Shown: positions 12,714 through 26,044 of the stretch, piece by piece
How the letters are laid out: every line of letters starts with the position of its first letter
How positions within the stretch are numbered: position 1 is the first letter of the stretch
DNA from: Eledone cirrhosa
Taxonomy: Eukaryota
DNA length: 64,000 nt
Assembly: GCA_964016885.1 (NCBI GenBank)
Contig: OZ024740.1
Coordinates: 241,366,001 to 241,430,000, forward strand
Direction of reading: 5' to 3'
The notes under the pieces: model-generated
Told to the model about the DNA's origin: nothing
Database searches by the model: none
What the model saw: only the letters and a program-made list of their open reading frames with translations
Position numbers and translations under genes: made by a program

Positions 12714-14984
12714 ACAGAAGCACAATTTAGTATAGCTAAATCCGAACTTAGAAATATTATAGAACAGTATAGCAAGAAGCATAATAGAATAGAGGCCCAG
12801 CAACTGGGAGAAAAATCTGCAAATGGCTTGCGTAAGCTCATGCAGCGCTCACGTAATGGAGAGATAGCATGCTTTCCAACAGACAAGTCTGGCAGAATGT
12901 CGATTGACAGCCTGCCAAACTACATCCAGGCAATGCAACCCCACATCACTAACACAAGAGAGGTAACACCACAGGAGCATGAGGATAGAGAAAAAGCCCT
13001 CAATGCCCATATGGTGATGTGGACGAATATAATGCAGCCCAACAAAAGGACTGCCAACAACTTCCAGGCCTGGAACAATGACGTGCCGGCGTTGTATGGG
13101 CTTCGAAAAGACCATAAAACGGGCTGTGACCCTGTCGCGGGACCACCAACACGGCCAGTCTGTGGAGCTAACATTGCTAGTAACTACAGACTGTCCTACT
13201 TCCTCTCCCTGATCATACGCCCCATCATTGAGATGTCCCCAGATGTATGTGACAGCACTGAGGACCTCCTCAGCAGAATCGGCGTGAGTAACCGATCTGG
13301 GGACCTAACAAACTGCATAATAGGCAGTATGGATGTTGTGTCCCTGTATCCATCTATTGACGTGGATTTTGCTGTGGAGAAATGCGTAGAAATGATCAGC
13401 GAGAGCAAGGTTAAGTTCCGTGGCATTGATACCAGTGAGCTGGGACTTCTACTTAAGCTTACCCATAGTAATAGTTACCTAGACACTTATGACCTTAGCA
13501 ACCTGTGCCCTACAAGACCAGCAAGAGGCAGACCACCTACCATTACCTCAATGGCCAAGAAAACCCACACAGATAGATGGAACGGGTGGACCAGAGCCAT
13601 ACGGACACCCGAAAACCACGATGAACTGAAGAAAATGATTGCACATGCGGTAGGGGCCAGCATAAAATTAACCCTTAAGGAACATATGTTCAAATTTAAT
13701 GGTAAAACATATGCCCAAGAGGAAGAAGCAGCCATTTGTGTTAGCATTGCAGGCAACATAGCTAACTTATTCATGGTATGGTGGGACAGTAGACTTAAAC
13801 AAAAACTTAAAGAACAATTAGAAGACAGCTTAACCCTGATAATGTACTCCCGCTACGTAGATGATATAAACATCGTAGTTAAGACACCCCCACTAAAGAA
13901 CAGTCAGGAACTAGAGAAAAACACAATGGAAAGCATCCAGCAAATAGCAAACTCCATCCACCAGAGCATTAGAGTTAATATAGACTACCCAATTAGACAC
14001 CCCAACCATCGATTACCTGTACTAGACACAGAGCTCTGGTTAGATACCATTAACAACCAAAAACAAATCCTCCATTCCCATTACGCCAAACCCATGACTT
14101 CCAAACATCTGATCCACCGAAACTCGGCCATTTCGGACCATACCAAAATCAACATACTGATTGCGGATTTGGTACGGGTGATGAGAAATGTGTCCCGCAT
14201 GTGCAACCCCGAAGAACTAGAGAGACACATACAACACTTCATCCACCGTATGCAGTTCTCTGGCTACAATCAGAGAGATAGAATCAGAGTGTATAGAGGA
14301 GCCAGAACCAAATGGGAAAAAATGGTAAATAATGACATAAATGGGACCTGCCCCTTGTATAGGAGCAAATTTTGGAATAGAATAGAAAGAACTAGGAACA
14401 AGGCCAATAGAATAAACTCATGGTATGATAGCAATAAATACCAGAGTGTAATGTTCATCAATACAACCCCTAGAGGCGAACTAGCCTACAAATTTAGAAG
14501 GGCCCTAAATAAACATAAACTCAATATTAAGATAGTAGAAAGACCAGGTACCTCCGTAAAAACACTTATTAGCAAGACATACCCGTTCCAAAGACCCTCA
14601 TGTATAGATAAGAAATGTATAACCTGTAAAATAAGCCCCCATATTAACTGTAAAACTAGAAATGTAGTGTATAGCATAAGATGTACTGAAGGACAATGTA
14701 GAAACAAAAATATAGTGTACATAGGTGAGACAGCTCGTAGTATAGGGGAACGAATAAATGAACACTGGCGAGACCTTCAAGATAATAAAGAATCATCTGT
14801 GCTCTACCAACATGCTAAGATAGAGCACAAGGGTAAATTAGAGAACATAGAAATAAAAATAGAATCCACACACAGAAAAGATGCAATGTTTAGGCAAATT
14901 ACAGAGGCAGTAAGCATAAAAGAATTACAACCAAAATTAAATAGAAAATATGAGTGGAACAGCAACATCACAACTTACAATTAA
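12714..14984 (+). CDS. PLE polyprotein (5'-truncated): reverse transcriptase + C-terminal GIY-YIG endonuclease
   Basis: Frame open from 12714 (after TAA at 12711). Motifs TDKSGR, LYGLRKDHK, RPVCG, SMDVVSLYPSI, RYVDDI, LPVLD, a Cys-rich linker, NVVYSIRC..VYIGETARSIGERINEH and LNRK. Confidence 0.9.
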   Translation, partial: TEAQFSIAKSELRNIIEQYSKKHNRIEAQQLGEKSANGLRKLMQRSRNGEIACFPTDKSGRMSIDSLPNYIQAMQPHITNTREVTPQEHEDREKALNAHMVMWTNIMQPNKRTANNFQAWNNDVPALYGLRKDHKTGCDPVAGPPTRPVCGANIASNYRLSYFLSLIIRPIIEMSPDVCDSTEDLLSRIGVSNRSGDLTNCIIGSMDVVSLYPSIDVDFAVEKCVEMISESKVKFRGIDTSELGLLLKLTHSNSYLDTYDLSNLCPTRPARGRPPTITSMAKKTHTDRWNGWTRAIRTPENHDELKKMIAHAVGASIKLTLKEHMFKFNGKTYAQEEEAAICVSIAGNIANLFMVWWDSRLKQKLKEQLEDSLTLIMYSRYVDDINIVVKTPPLKNSQELEKNTMESIQQIANSIHQSIRVNIDYPIRHPNHRLPVLDTELWLDTINNQKQILHSHYAKPMTSKHLIHRNSAISDHTKINILIADLVRVMRNVSRMCNPEELERHIQHFIHRMQFSGYNQRDRIRVYRGARTKWEKMVNNDINGTCPLYRSKFWNRIERTRNKANRINSWYDSNKYQSVMFINTTPRGELAYKFRRALNKHKLNIKIVERPGTSVKTLISKTYPFQRPSCIDKKCITCKISPHINCKTRNVVYSIRCTEGQCRNKNIVYIGETARSIGERINEHWRDLQDNKESSVLYQHAKIEHKGKLENIEIKIESTHRKDAMFRQITEAVSIKELQPKLNRKYEWNSNITTYN

Positions 14985-15200
14985 GGACAAAATGAAAACA
15001 CACACACACATAGAACAAACAACCAACCAACAACATGTAAATAAATAAATAAATAAATAAACAAATAGATAAATGAACACAAACACACACAGACACCCGG
15101 ATGTGGCGCTTGCGCAAACTGAGCACACAACACACACACAGAAACAAAATGGCGTAGGACAGAAGAAAGGAAAGGCACAGAAACAAAGAAAGGAATCCCC

Positions 15201-15245
15201 AGTCACTGAAGAGGTCACAGAGTGTGTGACGAAAGGACTATGACT
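15201..15245 (+). ncRNA. Minimal type I hammerhead ribozyme (PLE pseudo-LTR)
   Basis: AGTCA-CTGAAGA-G-GTCACA-GAGTG-TGTGAC-GAAAG-GA-CTA-TGACT: 5-bp stem I, 6-bp stem II, 2-bp stem III; predicted cleavage after A15240. Confidence 0.85.
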
Positions 15246-15403
15246 ATATATAAACAACTATCTGGTTGTGGAACCAACCAACCAACCAGAAATTTATAAG
15301 TTTGCAGATTTGTAAATTTATAAATTTATAAATATATAATAAATTGAAGTGAAAGCAACTGGTGCGTGTGTTTCTTATTGGCAACATGACCCTCCCAAAG
15401 TAT

Positions 15404-15534
<131 letters not shown>

Positions 15535-15676
15535 CACCCCACTCTCAAGAGCGTGAAACTAATAAACCTTTGTTCGTAGTGCCTCTCTGTTTTGTTCCCG
15601 TCCAATTTTTTACTATATCTATATATATATATATCTAGGATGGGTAAAATTCCCGAGATAGAAAATCCCGAGATGA

Positions 15677-15797
15677 AGGCGCGTGACCGAGTGGTTAGAG
15701 AATTGGATTCGCAATCGTGAGGTCGTGAGTTCGTTTCCTGGACCGGGTGATGTATTATGTATGTCCTTGAGCAAGACACTTTATTTCACGTTGCTCC
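15677..15797 (+). mobile_element. tRNA-derived SINE, family B (partial)
   Basis: tRNA-like head (GTGACCGAGTGGTTAGAG...GAGTTCGTTTCC) followed by GTCCTTGAGCAAGACACTT. Confidence 0.75.
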
Positions 15798-15952
15798 TTC
15801 TACCTAGAGTTGCGACCGATAGATAGTATTAGCAATTGGAAAGACCAACGGAAACATTGTTTCCTCGGTCCGATTTGACGAAAGTCAATATATATGTCGA
15901 TATATATATATAAGAAGGCATTAATGCCCCCTTATATATATATATATATATA

Positions 15953-16057
<105 letters not shown>

Positions 16058-16156
16058 GCGCGCGCGCGTGTGTGTAGTAAATAATCCGTACTGTAGGTGT
16101 GAACCATGAAAAAGGAAAACTGCTCTCAGGTATGAGAGCTGATATATTATATTATA

Positions 16157-16896
16157 CTAGCAGAAAATCACCCTTCGGGTGGTTTTCTGCTAGCATGTGT
16201 AGTGTGCATATTGATATCATACGCAAATATACATCCATGTAGATATGATACGTCAAATAAAATCGTAATTGACAATATGCACAGAAATTGAAGAGAGACT
16301 GTGTTTCACTCTCTTCTGTAATTAATAAAGTATTAGTAAATATATCCATGATATATTTAAAAAAGACGATATTATATATAAACTGCATTACGGTGAAATG
16401 TAATGAAAACGAGAAATTAGCGACGGAAATATAAACGTTATGATATAACGACGCAAATATATGAACATTTATATAAGTGATATGATATAGTGTACGTTAT
16501 ATCATAACCGGAAGTATTGACATTTGAAAATTTTAAAAGAAGTGGATCGGATTGGCAGTATCGTTAGAGGGTCGGACGCCATGCTTTCCAGCATAGTTAC
16601 GTCCCTTTACGATCTGAGTTCAAATTCCGCCGAGGTTGACTTTGCCTTTCATCCTTACGGGGTCGATAAAATAAAGTACCAGTAATGCACTGGGTAATTG
16701 CTGGCCTTGTGCCTAAAGTAGAATCAATTATATATAAGAATATTTATGGTTAATCAACAGCTACGAAATTTAGCACATAAATTATGTAATATTCCTTCAT
16801 TGTTTATTCAAAGTAATCCAACTTATTTTACTAACGGGATAAAAAAATATATTCAGGGCACAGTACCGCACTCCTCCCTTTAATATATTATGATGA
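16157..16896 (-). mobile_element. Putative non-autonomous Helitron with palindromic 3' end, interrupted by a SINE
   Basis: CTAGCAGAAAATCACCC-TTC-GGGTGGTTTTCTGCTAG palindrome at 16157-16193; the minus strand starts TCATCATAATATATTAA at 16896. Confidence 0.4.
16541..16731 (+). mobile_element. SINE family A
   Basis: Matches the family A consensus. Confidence 0.9.
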
Positions 16897-17029
16897 TTTA
16901 TTTATGTTCACACACGGGACAACATTCTAAGCGTCTGAAAACTAGGTCGCAAATCTGATGCCTCTTACAATCTGGAGATATGGTCAATATTGAGTTTTGA
17001 AATCTTAGGTAGCGCTTTTGTTCCGTGTA

Positions 17030-18860
17030 TGAACATATGACTCCCTGGCAGGGAAAGGGGTGATTGGAAGGAACGGCGATTCCAATAAAAAATACTTATT
17101 AGACTTATGTTCTAACAATGGTTTCTCTATTATGAACACCTTCTTCCGGGACAGCGACATCCATAAATGAACGTGGTTCAAAGATGAATAAGGGACAGAA
17201 ATCAATAATTGATTTTGTTATTATCTCTGTTCTCTTTAATTTTGTGCCTAAGATAGGGGATGAGCTGTCACCTGATCATAATATAGTTATCTCCAGCTCG
17301 AAACTACCTAAAGCCAAAGAAGCCCACAAAACTAGCAGGTCCAATTCGACCTACAGGATAAAGTTGGAAGCGTTGTCATATAAGGAAGTCAGAACCAGTT
17401 GCATCCTAACTCAAAGAATTCCCCGAGCAAAGTGGTGACGTTGAAACGGAGTGGAGACTTCAGCTTGGCAGCTTCTGCTTCAGTTGTTAAATGCTGCGGG
17501 CAAAAGTGGCTTGGTATAGAGCCGGGTGGCATAAGGACTCTTTAGTTCAATCAAGAGGTCGAGGATACCATCCGAGCAAAGAAAGAGTCTTACAAAGCTT
17601 GTCTTCGAAATATGTCCTCCTTCTTTCACTTGCGGTACAAACAAGCGCGAAAATTTGCGGCAGAGACAGTAAAGGCTTCCAAAGTTAAGACATGGGAGGA
17701 CGTTGGTGTTAAGCTGCCAACTTCATTATAAGAAGCCATCCTCCATACCAAGAATGAGTCTGGGGTCCTCCTCTCTTCAGAGAGGTGCATCCACGCGAGG
17801 TGGTGAGAAAACAATGCGATCTCCTAAACAAGATCACAGCAGCATCTTCTGATGTACATGAGGTGAATCTGGAAACAATGACTAATCTCTCGAAGGCTGA
17901 GGTGTCAAGGGTTATTAAAGCCTTAAATAGAGAAAGAATCCTTTCGTTGAGTGTGTGCCTGGTGGCCTGGATCTCTGGAAGGACACCTAAGCAATGACAA
18001 TCGGGAATGATAATCCAAATTTTTAAATGGAGACAAGTGAGATTGTTCCAATTAGAGAGGTGCCTTCTTGGTAAGCCTCGCCAGTAAAGTCTATGTTAAG
18101 TATCTGGCAAAGAGATGTAAGGAGATTGTCGAGTCCAAGCTAGCTGATGAACAGTATGGCTTTTGCTCTGGACGCAGCACAGCTGACTAAATATTCGAAG
18201 ACTGAGATACTCGTTCTTCTTGGAAGCATTCGCAGTGCACTCTACATGTGAATGGAGTTCTACTGAAGCAGTTGCAGAAGTTCAAGTATCTCGGGGTCGG
18301 GTTCATGAGTGCTGGAAGGCAGGAGACAGAATTAAGTGCAAGAATTGCAGGAGCTGGTGCCGTAATGCGCCAGCTTCAGCATTCGGTAATCAGAAGAAAG
18401 GCGGTAGGAAAACACTTAAATCCGCCATCTTAAATTCGATATTCGTGCCATCCCTTACATATGGTCATGAATCTTGTGTAATGACCGAAAGAATACGTTG
18501 GCGAATACAAGCAGCCGAAATGGGGTTCCCCCGAAGGGCTTTTGGAGCATCGTTGCTCCAGTTCGTATCTCGGAGATTATAGAGTCACTCCAGATAGAGC
18601 CGCCACTTCTCCGTATTGAGAGATCATAGATCAGATGTTACGGGCATGTGGTTAGAATGCGTCAGAAAAGAATCGCTGGACATATTTTGTGAGCAAAACC
18701 AACTAGAGGAGACTTAGATCGAGCATGATTGTTTTTAGCATCCAAGAGCTCGGCTTGTCCCGCTGGAGGATCTAGCCAGATCAATTGGAAATGGTTGCTT
18801 CTGACAGGATCTGCTGAAAGGAATGATTGAGCACCCTGCCCGCACGACCCTTTCAGAAAT
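17030..18860 (+). mobile_element. RTE-clade (Expander/Rex3-like) LINE, degenerate and internally deleted
   Basis: APE motifs GVIGRNG, IMNTFF and KSIIDFVI; RT C-terminal motifs KFKYLGVGF and IFVPSLTYGHESCVMTERIRWRIQAAEMGF. Confidence 0.85.
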
Positions 18861-19657
18861 AAGTGGACAAGGAAGAAGGGGAAGAACATGAAGAAGAACA
18901 TGAAGAAGATAAAGATAAAGAAGAAAGTCTTTTTTCTAATACTAGTGAAACAAGAGATGATTTTGTTATAGAGCATTCTAGTAATAGTGTACAGCTGCAC
19001 ACTCACGTAGGCACACACACCTACATTCATTTATTATTTTATACAAACACGCACTCACATATACATACACACGCAATCACACACGCACACATTCTCACAA
19101 ACCCACGTACACATACACACACATTCACACACATACACACACATACAACACACATACGCACACACAATAGTTCTATCGTGGTGTATTTCGAGAGAGTATA
19201 TCGGTACTTTGTAGTGTTAAATTTATCTCTTTATGTACTGAGTGCAAATTTTATCGGGGAGGATTTTGCTCTCCAGTCCTTTGGAGCCGTTAACACCATC
19301 GGTGAATTCCCTTTCTTTGTTAGTGCACTAGATAAAATCGTTGCATCCCTTGACTAGTAACCTTGTTTATTGTCACAATTCCAAAATAAGATATTTTAAT
19401 CACCATTCCTGTGTTTTACAGACAAAACCAAGCAAAACTAAAACTAAAAAATAACCACCCCGCACCAAAATACAAAATCAAGGGAAAGATTCAAGTATTA
19501 AAGATTCTCGAATTTGTGAGATATTTTTTGCTAACTCTACTGAAAGAAACATTTTTTTCAAAATATGAAATGTTGAGTATAATAGTAAAAGTTGCTTTCA
19601 TATTTAAAATCAATTTTTATCGTTAAATTCCTGCATCTACATTTTCGTATTCATAAA

Positions 19658-19785
<128 letters not shown>

Positions 19786-19791
19786 TATAAA

Positions 19792-19840
<49 letters not shown>

Positions 19841-19845
<5 letters not shown>

Positions 19846-20150
19846 ATATAGTTATATTTGGGGAGGGTCATATTGTTATAATATTGCCAGAAATAATAAT
19901 AAAACACACTCACTGTTTGGTTTGGATAGGTTTTCGCTTCTGTATATTTTATATCCCTATGGTTAATTTAGTTGGCAATCAATGTTTATCATTGATTGAC
20001 CAACGGTTAAAAGTTTCATCACACCTGTGACATCGTCAGTGGTACTATTATCTTTCCTCCCGTTGTATTGTAAAAACTTAGCCAAAATCTCATTTTGGGG
20101 GAATACAAGCCAAATTGGTAAAACAAAATCGGTTTTTACTTATATAATAC
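19841..20150 (-). mobile_element. PLE pseudo-LTR fragment with decayed HHR (~20010-20044)
   Basis: Minus strand reads ACCA-CTGACGA-T-GTCAC-AGGT-GTGAT-GAAAC, then the ATGACCCTCCCCAAATATAAC motif shared with 11161, 24170, 28232 and 45850. Confidence 0.6.
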
Positions 20151-21180
20151 TCCGACCATGGTTTCTGGAACTCAAGATACATCAGTGGTAATTCCAAGAC
20201 AATGGAATACCGGAGAGTTGGAGAGAGCCTAAAGTATGAGATGAAAAATGAAAGGATTATATATAGAGAGAAGGGGAGAGAAATGGCGACGAATATGATG
20301 GAGCAGGACTTTTGGAGAAAAACGAAGAGACGGATAGAAAGATGGAGAGAGTGAACTAACAAGAAAAAGGAACTTTAGCATCATATGAATAGTAGGCTTC
20401 CTACATAGTTTCATCTGCGTGTGCGTATGTGTACGCACGTACACACGCGCTTTTGTGTACATACAAATATGTCATGTAATTCAAGTTTATGACAATCTTT
20501 TCAAAGTTTTTAGTTGATGCCGACATTTGGTCAAGCAATGAAGCAACCACTTTGAAAGTCAGCTTAAAGCATTAACAAATCGAATAACAACGTGATGTGA
20601 AATTTATAACTAGATATTTATCATTTGCTATAATTTAAACTGTTTACCATCGCATTGCAATTTTATTATATCTAAAACTCAGTTAAGTTAGCAACCTGTT
20701 CCATACACACATTCTTTTATATAATTTCTTTCGAAAAACGACATTTGTAGCAAGGAAAAAAGAAGAGGAAAAATCTATATTTCGTGTATATAATAAATGT
20801 CAACTGAATTCTGTGACTAATGTTTAATAAATCTCACCGAATAAATATTCTTTACTTTCCAAATAATATCGATTCATAAAATAAAAATAATGGTAATTTT
20901 TTTTTTTGTAAAAATCTTCTCTATTCCTCGCCAGCAAAAGAAGTAATTTTTCATTTTACATATATTCAAGAATTTTATATTACTATTTGTATTGAATTTG
21001 TAACTTCCATTTTCCACAGAATAATACTGGAATTAATAAATATATATATGCTTTTAACTATGTGTTCACTCACATATTAATAGCTATGCAATATTACCTT
21101 ATATATTTATAAATGCACTTACATATTTACACACTCACACACACACACCCACACATTGCACACGCACACATGTATATGTT

Positions 21181-21236
<56 letters not shown>

Positions 21237-21278
21237 CGGGAGGAGCGAGAGATTTACATGAGTCCGTTTGTATATTTA

Positions 21279-21343
<65 letters not shown>

Positions 21344-21361
21344 CACGCATATATATATATA

Positions 21362-21407
<46 letters not shown>

Positions 21408-21411
21408 TATA

Positions 21412-22010
21412 ACTGACGAAGGACTAATTTTATCATATGTAACCCATGTGCAACCACGCAGTATTCTTCTTCTCATGTTTTTTATATATATTTACCTCGG
21501 CTGCGTTTGTCTGTTTCTCTCTTACTGCTTCTCCGTTCTCTCTATTGCTCTCACCTTCTTTCGCCCCCTCTGTCAGTTACACATTCTCTCGACTGACCTC
21601 TTCCTCGCACTTCCACTCACTCACTCTCTGTTTCTCCCCTTCTCACTTCCTCCCGTTTGGCTAGTAGTGGGCTCTCTTCTTGCTCACATCTCACTCACGT
21701 CGGACGGTCTGTATCTTGATCGCTCATGAAATCCACCCAGTTTATGCTGACCGGATAACCATGTTCCTTGTTTATTTCCATCTTTGCGTTGCTTTCATCC
21801 TTCTATGTTGTTTACTTGTCTCATTCGCTTTACGCGATTTACTTGTCCCAATAGCTTTTTTTAGTTATTACTCGCACCAACCTGAGGTATATGATTTTTA
21901 ATGCGATGAAATATCAATGATGGTTGGCAAATCACTGACGAAGGACTAATTTTATCATATGTAACCCATGTGCAACCACGCAGTATTCTTCTTTCTTCTC
22001 ATGTTTTTTT
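21412..22010 (+). repeat. 522-bp unit bounded by ~70-bp direct repeats that begin ACTGACGAAGGACTAA
   Basis: Repeats at 21412 and 21934; a related sequence lies at 22760-22915; embedded in (TA)n. Confidence 0.75.
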
Positions 22011-22252
22011 TATATATATATATATATATATAGTAATAATAATAATTTTGAAGACTAAAATCCAAAGAGGGCTCGATAAGGATAAATATATATCAAATAT
22101 ATAAGAACCGTAGAGCAAATATTTATTAAATCTGTTATTCTAATAAATATATATATATATGTGTGTGTCTGATGGAAACTAAGATGTTTCCATAGGCGGT
22201 ATGCCGGTTGAGCACTCTTTGTTCTTACCGAGTAGAGTGTGATATAATATAA

Positions 22253-22756
22253 AACGAAAAATCAGTGATGCATCTGAACTCAATTTATTGTATGTTACAA
22301 TTGTTTCGCCGGCAGAGAGCTCGAGACACGATCATTGTATGGATCTGTCTGATTCTGGACCTACAGGTTCGTCGGACACTTGCAATAATTTCGGATCAAA
22401 TTTTCTCACTGGGGTGTTAGGGTCAACAAAATCTTCCAGCATGGATTCATTGAAGTATGTCAGGCGGAGGGACAGCTTATGGCGAGTGTGACAGCAACTG
22501 TTGGTCAGAATTTATGATGACGTAGAAAAACAACAGCCAACAGCAGGACAAGCGAGGAAGATTTTGTTGACGCTAACACCCCAGTGAGAAAATTTGATCC
22601 GAAATTATTGATCCGAAATTATTGCAAGTGTCCGACGAACCTGTAGGTCCAGAATCAGACAGATCCATACAATGATCGTGTCTCGAGCTCTCTGCCGGCG
22701 AAACAATTGTGTAACACACAATAAATTCAGTTCAGATGCATCACTGATTTTTCGTT
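22253..22756. mobile_element. PLE 3'-end relic with inverted arms (22253-22437 / 22556-22756), each with an HHR-like motif
   Basis: The arms are reverse complements. HHR-like motifs lie at 22292-22379 (-) and 22628-22717 (+); a homolog is at 54760-54920. Confidence 0.7.
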
Positions 22757-22911
22757 CACCATCTTTGTTTGTTTACACTCTCGTGTCCCCTTTATTTACG
22801 TGTCCCAACGACTTTTTTTAGCCGTTGTTCGCACCAACCGGAGGTATATGGTCTTTAAAGCGATGAAATACCAATGATGGTTGGAAGATCACTGATGAAG
22901 GACTAACTTTA

Positions 22912-22962
<51 letters not shown>

Positions 22963-23822
22963 ATTTGTGTATGTGTACAGATCTATGCATAGCGTCGATT
23001 ATTGCAATAAATCAAATAAAAAAAACAACAATGAAATAAATAATTTCAATGGACTAAACACTCTAGAAGTAGGTTTCCCTTTTTTAATATTGTATCAAAC
23101 AGGCAAAATAGACTCGTGCCTCCCTGTAAAATTAAAGACAAGTCGAGATTGCAGCATCCCTACGAAATAGCCTGTCAACTGGCTGAAAGATATATGAAAC
23201 AAGGTGAACGACGATGTGTAATCTAACAGTCACACATGGTCGTTCGTATTGTTTCTTACATCTTAGATTTAAGTTTTGTTCATACCACGTTTGCGACGTG
23301 TGTGTTGTTCATTTGCATCTAGAGGAAATCTGTTTTATCTCGTTTATACATCCTTCTGTACAATTAGCAAACATATCCAGTTGTCAGCCAATTCGGGGAA
23401 TGTCGATACGTTTTCGTTTGTTTAATTTTCCCATTCGTTATCACCATCCCTGAAAATTTTTCATCACCTTTAGGATATTTCTCTAATATTCATGTATTGT
23501 GTAATGAAACTCTAACTGCATATATATATATACATACACACAATAACGAATAAAGGATGATTAATATGGATTAGCGATATAATAGGGTTTTATTCCAAGC
23601 ATTAACATATCTTTCATCGCTTAATATGCAATTAATCATGCCTTTAAATCGCTATCATTAATAGTTGATTGGTTATTGCGAAATTCTATTTTAAATGCAC
23701 TGTATAATATAGTTATTAGGCGAATTATCAAAACATAGTTGCTTGCCGATAAGGTTTCAAACCCTACTCCCGCATATGTCAGAGATACACTAAATGTTAG
23801 TGTTGCTTATCTTTTAGGCATA

Positions 23823-23930
23823 TACGAAGTGTGTCAGAAAAGTTCCAGGACTGATGTCAGAAAAGATTTATTTCAAACCCACCCAAACTTCACACTAAGA
23901 GTTTTCTTCTTCAAAGTAATTCCCTTCAAA
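23823..23930 (+). mobile_element. Mariner-type terminal fragment
   Basis: TACGAAGTGTGTCAGAAAAGTTCCAGGACTG resembles mariner TIRs; no partner end seen. Confidence 0.5.
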
Positions 23931-24167
23931 GTAATATGTTAATTATTTTCAACTGAACCAGATAAATTAGTATATATAGTCATCTGATCCAGAAATATTA
24001 TATGGAGTAGCGAAACAATTGTAAACGGACATTATTATTATTAATATTATTATTATTATTCTCTACATTCCTTACATCAAACTAAAATATGTTGACAATC
24101 TTTTAATAATCTCTTCCTTGTGAAATTTGTGGTCTTGTTTTGCTTAACTAATGAATATATATATATA

Positions 24168-24710
24168 TATTGTTATACTTTGGGAGGGTCATATTGTTGT
24201 AATAATATTGCCAGAAATAATAACAGAACACACTCACTGTTTGGTTGGTTTTCGCTTCTGTATCTTTTATATCTCCACAGTTAATTCATTCAAGAGTAAG
24301 GTTTTTTAATATATCCCACACGGGTAAAATATAGGAAAAAGAAGTTGAAAATGCAATTGAAGTCTTCAAGAAGGTTTATTTACAATAATTTATAACTTTA
24401 CCGGTTTCACAAGTTTCATGATTTTCAAAATTTAAAAGAGATGGAGAGATGTGTGACTATGCCGACTTGTAAATCGCATCTAACTGATATTGGGAATTTT
24501 TTCAGTTTTATGCAAAAAATGTAACTCAGATTGCTGCATGTTTGAAGTACAATTTGATAGGTTGAGGAAGATCCCGTGATCAGGCATCGAATTTATACGC
24601 TTCGCCTACCAAAAAAACGGTAGTGTCGTATTTTACTGAATATGCCTGCATTTCCTGTGTTTAATAGTCAAGTGAAGTTGGTATTGTCTTTGTGGTAATC
24701 CCCAAAATTC
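24168..24710 (-). mobile_element. PLE 3' end / pseudo-LTR relic containing a U3-A8 HHR
   Basis: Minus strand has a KCRH-type terminal motif (~24640), then the HHR-like motif, AATAAA and the MTLPKYNN start motif. Confidence 0.55.
24395..24433 (-). ncRNA. Hammerhead-like motif, U3-A8 core variant
   Basis: AAATT-TTGAAAA-TC-ATGA-AAC-TTGT-GAAACCGGTA-AAGTT. Confidence 0.5.
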
Positions 24711-24812
24711 AAAAGTGTGTGTAATTGCTTGTTTATGTCCGTGTGTGTTGCTATTTTCTTGCTTTTTGCTACGTCCGAATATCAATAACAATAGCAAATT
24801 AACAAAAATAGT

Positions 24813-26044
24813 AATAATTGTTTCTACTTTTGGCACAAGGCCAGCAATTACACAGTACATTACTGGTACTTTATTTTATCGACCCCGTAAGGATGAAAGG
24901 CAAAGTTAAACTCGGCGGGATTTGAACTCAGACCGCAAAGGGACGTAACTATGCTGGAAAGCATGGCGTCCGACTCTCTAGCGATACTGCCAATCCACGG
25001 CTCTTTAGTAATAATAGTAATAATAATAATCCTTATTATTACCATTACTATCACTATCATAATTGTTTCTACTTTTGGCACAAGGCCAGCAATTTGAAGG
25101 GGAGGGGAAAGCAGATCAAATAGAGCCCTGTGCATTACTGGTATTTTATTTTATCGAACCCGTAAGGATGAAAGGCAAAGTAAACCTCGGCGAGATTTAA
25201 ACTCAGATTGACAAGGGCCGTAACTCTATGCGTCAAAGCATGGCATCCGACCCTCCACCGATACTACCAATCTACCGCCCCTGACAACTATAATAATAAT
25301 GATCCAATCAGCAAAATGACTGTGTATGTGTGTGTGTGTGTCTGTGTGTGTGTGCGCGCGTACGTATGTGCGTTGGATTGTTATGGTTCGGTAAGTAATC
25401 GAGTGCACAAATATAGTTTCTTTATTTTGAATAAATATATTTTCTTTTATTTATTCTCGTGTGTTCTCTGTGTGTGTGTGTAGCATTAGCAATTTATTAC
25501 CTTCTCTGTTCGTGTACAGAGAGTCATGTGATCACATAATAATTGTTTCTACTATAGGCACAAGTCAGCAATTTGAAGGGGAGGGGAAAGCCGATCAAAT
25601 AGAGCCCTGTGCATTACTGGTACTTTATTTTATCGACCCCGTAAGGATGAATGACAAAAAAAATCTCGGTGGGATTCGAACTCAGAACATAGAGCCGAAA
25701 CTCTATATTACACAGTATGTTGTCCGGTGTTCTACCGACACTGCCCTGACAACAACAATAACAATAGTAATAATGTTAATAATTTTATTGTTGCCATTAT
25801 TATTGTTATTTCATGACTCTGTTAGGGCGGTGGATTGGCAGTATCGGTAGAGAGTCGGACACCATGCTTTGCAGCATTGAGTTACAGTCCTTTGCAGTCT
25901 GAGTTCAAATCCCGCCAAGGTTAACTTTGCCTTTCATCCTTACAGGGTCGATAAAATAAAGCACCAGAAACGTACTGAAGTCGATTTAATCGACCCCCCC
26001 CCCCCCCCAATTACTGGCCTTGTGCCTATACTAGAAATAATTGT
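24813..26044. mobile_element. Cluster of four family A SINEs: 24813-25003 (-), 25059-25281 (-), 25538-25746 (-), 25824-26044 (+)
   Basis: Each matches the family consensus; they lie in (AAT)n-rich DNA. Confidence 0.9.
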
